From: Myxococcota bacterium
GTDB taxonomy: Bacteria; Myxococcota_A; Polyangia; Nannocystales; Nannocystaceae
NCBI GenBank assembly: GCA_039194325.1
Contig: JBCCWC010000004.1
Location: forward strand, 128,001-192,000
Length of the DNA: 64,000 nucleotides
Reading direction: 5' to 3'
Part shown: positions 62,747-64,000 of the stretch, in pieces
Position numbering within the stretch: the stretch's first letter is position 1
How the letters are laid out: every line of letters begins with the position of its first letter
Notes under the pieces: model-generated
The model's input: the letters and a program-made list of their open reading frames with translations, nothing else
The model's database searches: none
Told to the model about the DNA's origin: nothing
Position numbers and translations under genes: made by a program

Positions 62747-64000
62747 GTGCGCTTTTGGCAGCCGGAGGCCATCCTCGATCCGTGGATCGTCCTTGATCTG
62801 CTGATCCTGGGCGGCCTGCTGGCCGCGGCGGCCGGGCTCCTACGCATGATCGGGCCGCTGCGACGCCTGTCGGTGCCCAACGCGATCGTGGCCGGCCTGC
62901 TGGGCCTGTCACTGGGCCCCAGCGGAGCCGGCTTGATACCCATCGACATCCCCGCGATGGAGACGATCGTCTACCACGCGTTCGCGCTGATGTTCATCGC
63001 CGGGGGACTCCAGTCACCACCCCGACAAGACCGGCCCGGGGCTGCACGCTCGATCGCCGTGGCGGGCTCGACGATCGGAGTGCTCCAGGCGATCTTGGGC
63101 CTGCTGTTCGTGGCGGCCTGGCTGGCTGTGGAGCCCCTACACCCGGGCTTCGGCTTGATGATCACCCTGGGCTTCCAGCAAGGCCCGGGCCAGGCGCTGT
63201 CGCTGGGCGGCGCCTGGGAGTCGCTGGGCATGACCGACGGCGGCCAGATCGGGCTGGTGTTCGCGACGCTAGGCTTCTTGTACTGCATCGTCCTGGGGAT
63301 CCCGGCGGTGCTCATCGCCCGCCGTCGTGGGCTGCTCACCGAACGAGATGTCGTCGAGCCGAGCACCGAGCCGGGCACCCATGCGGGCACCGAGCGACGC
63401 GGCTCACTGCTGCTCCAGGTCGTCTGGGTGCTGCTCGTGTACGCGGCGGTCTTCGTGGCGATCTCGGGCATGGTCAGCGTGCTCCCCCCCAAGCTGGCCG
63501 CGACCGCCTGGGGATTGCACTTCATCTACGGATCGCTCTTTGCGATCACGCTCCGCTACGCCGCCCGGCGCCTGGGGGCAGACCGTGCCTTCGACGACGC
63601 CCAGCTGGCCCGGATCTCGGTGGTGACGGTCGACGTGACCACGACCGGGGCCATCGCCGCGGTCCGGCTGGCCGTGCTCGCGGCCTGGCTGGTGCCGATC
63701 CTCTTGATGACCCTGCTCGCCGGAGGACTCACCTTTTTTGGCTGCGTGTGGCTGGCCCGCCGAGCGTTCCCCGAGGCTCCCGCTTCGCACGCCCTGGTGC
63801 TGTTTGGCATGGGCACCGGCACGGTGTCCACGGGGCTGGCCCTGCTGCGCATGATCGACCCCGAGCTACGAGGCACCGCGGCCCGCAACACCGTAATCGG
63901 AGCCACGGCCCAGATCCCCTTCAGCGCTCCGATGTTCGTGGGCGTGCTCCCGTTTGCCACCACCCAGTGGTCGGGTTCGACGAGCGCAGCGCTGGGATGG
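62747..64000 (+). CDS. Sodium/glutamate symporter (GltS-like) membrane protein, 3'-truncated by the window end
   Basis: Open frame from GTG 62747: LRRLSVPNAIVAGLLGLSLGP, LGFQQGPGQALSLG..WE, FGMGTGTVSTGLALLRMIDP. Confidence 0.8.
   Translation, partial: MRFWQPEAILDPWIVLDLLILGGLLAAAAGLLRMIGPLRRLSVPNAIVAGLLGLSLGPSGAGLIPIDIPAMETIVYHAFALMFIAGGLQSPPRQDRPGAARSIAVAGSTIGVLQAILGLLFVAAWLAVEPLHPGFGLMITLGFQQGPGQALSLGGAWESLGMTDGGQIGLVFATLGFLYCIVLGIPAVLIARRRGLLTERDVVEPSTEPGTHAGTERRGSLLLQVVWVLLVYAAVFVAISGMVSVLPPKLAATAWGLHFIYGSLFAITLRYAARRLGADRAFDDAQLARISVVTVDVTTTGAIAAVRLAVLAAWLVPILLMTLLAGGLTFFGCVWLARRAFPEAPASHALVLFGMGTGTVSTGLALLRMIDPELRGTAARNTVIGATAQIPFSAPMFVGVLPFATTQWSGSTSAALGW

Overview
High-GC bacterial chromosomal window. 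It looks myxobacterial, probably Nannocystaceae-like; this is inferred from about 11 Cys-lipobox lipoproteins with S/T/G/D-rich linkers, a CxxCH/DUF1588-like + DUF1501 pair, STAS/SEC14 genes and TSP3-OmpA/VWA genes. About 50 CDS are supportable; I found no rRNA, tRNA, CRISPR array or IS. Housekeeping genes: kbl plus an SDR-type threonine dehydrogenase, mobA, sppA, an isolated rsmH-ftsL-ftsI block, ribA, two RRM proteins, purK-purE, an acyl-CoA dehydrogenase and a partial GltS-like symporter. Most notable: (1) an 8-gene, largely translationally coupled lipid operon (140-9746) with a catalytically degenerate HAD, two reductases, a polysaccharide-pyruvyl-transferase-like enzyme, two adenylating enzymes, a crotonase and an ACP. 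(2) A coupled pair of HSP90-like GHKL genes (50161-54794): one has an intact ATPase plus a membrane-delimited transglutaminase-like domain, the other is a degenerate ATPase. (3) A symmetric terpene island with a canonical class I terpene synthase and a motif-degenerate homolog flanking two divergent STAS/SEC14 genes. (4) An A/T-richer EAD1 + 2TM candidate conflict effector. (5) A TerB + PPP phosphatase fusion. (6) A His-less Fic protein divergent from the division genes. (7) Recurring tandem repeats anchored on stop codons. All family assignments come from motif recognition by eye, not from database searches.
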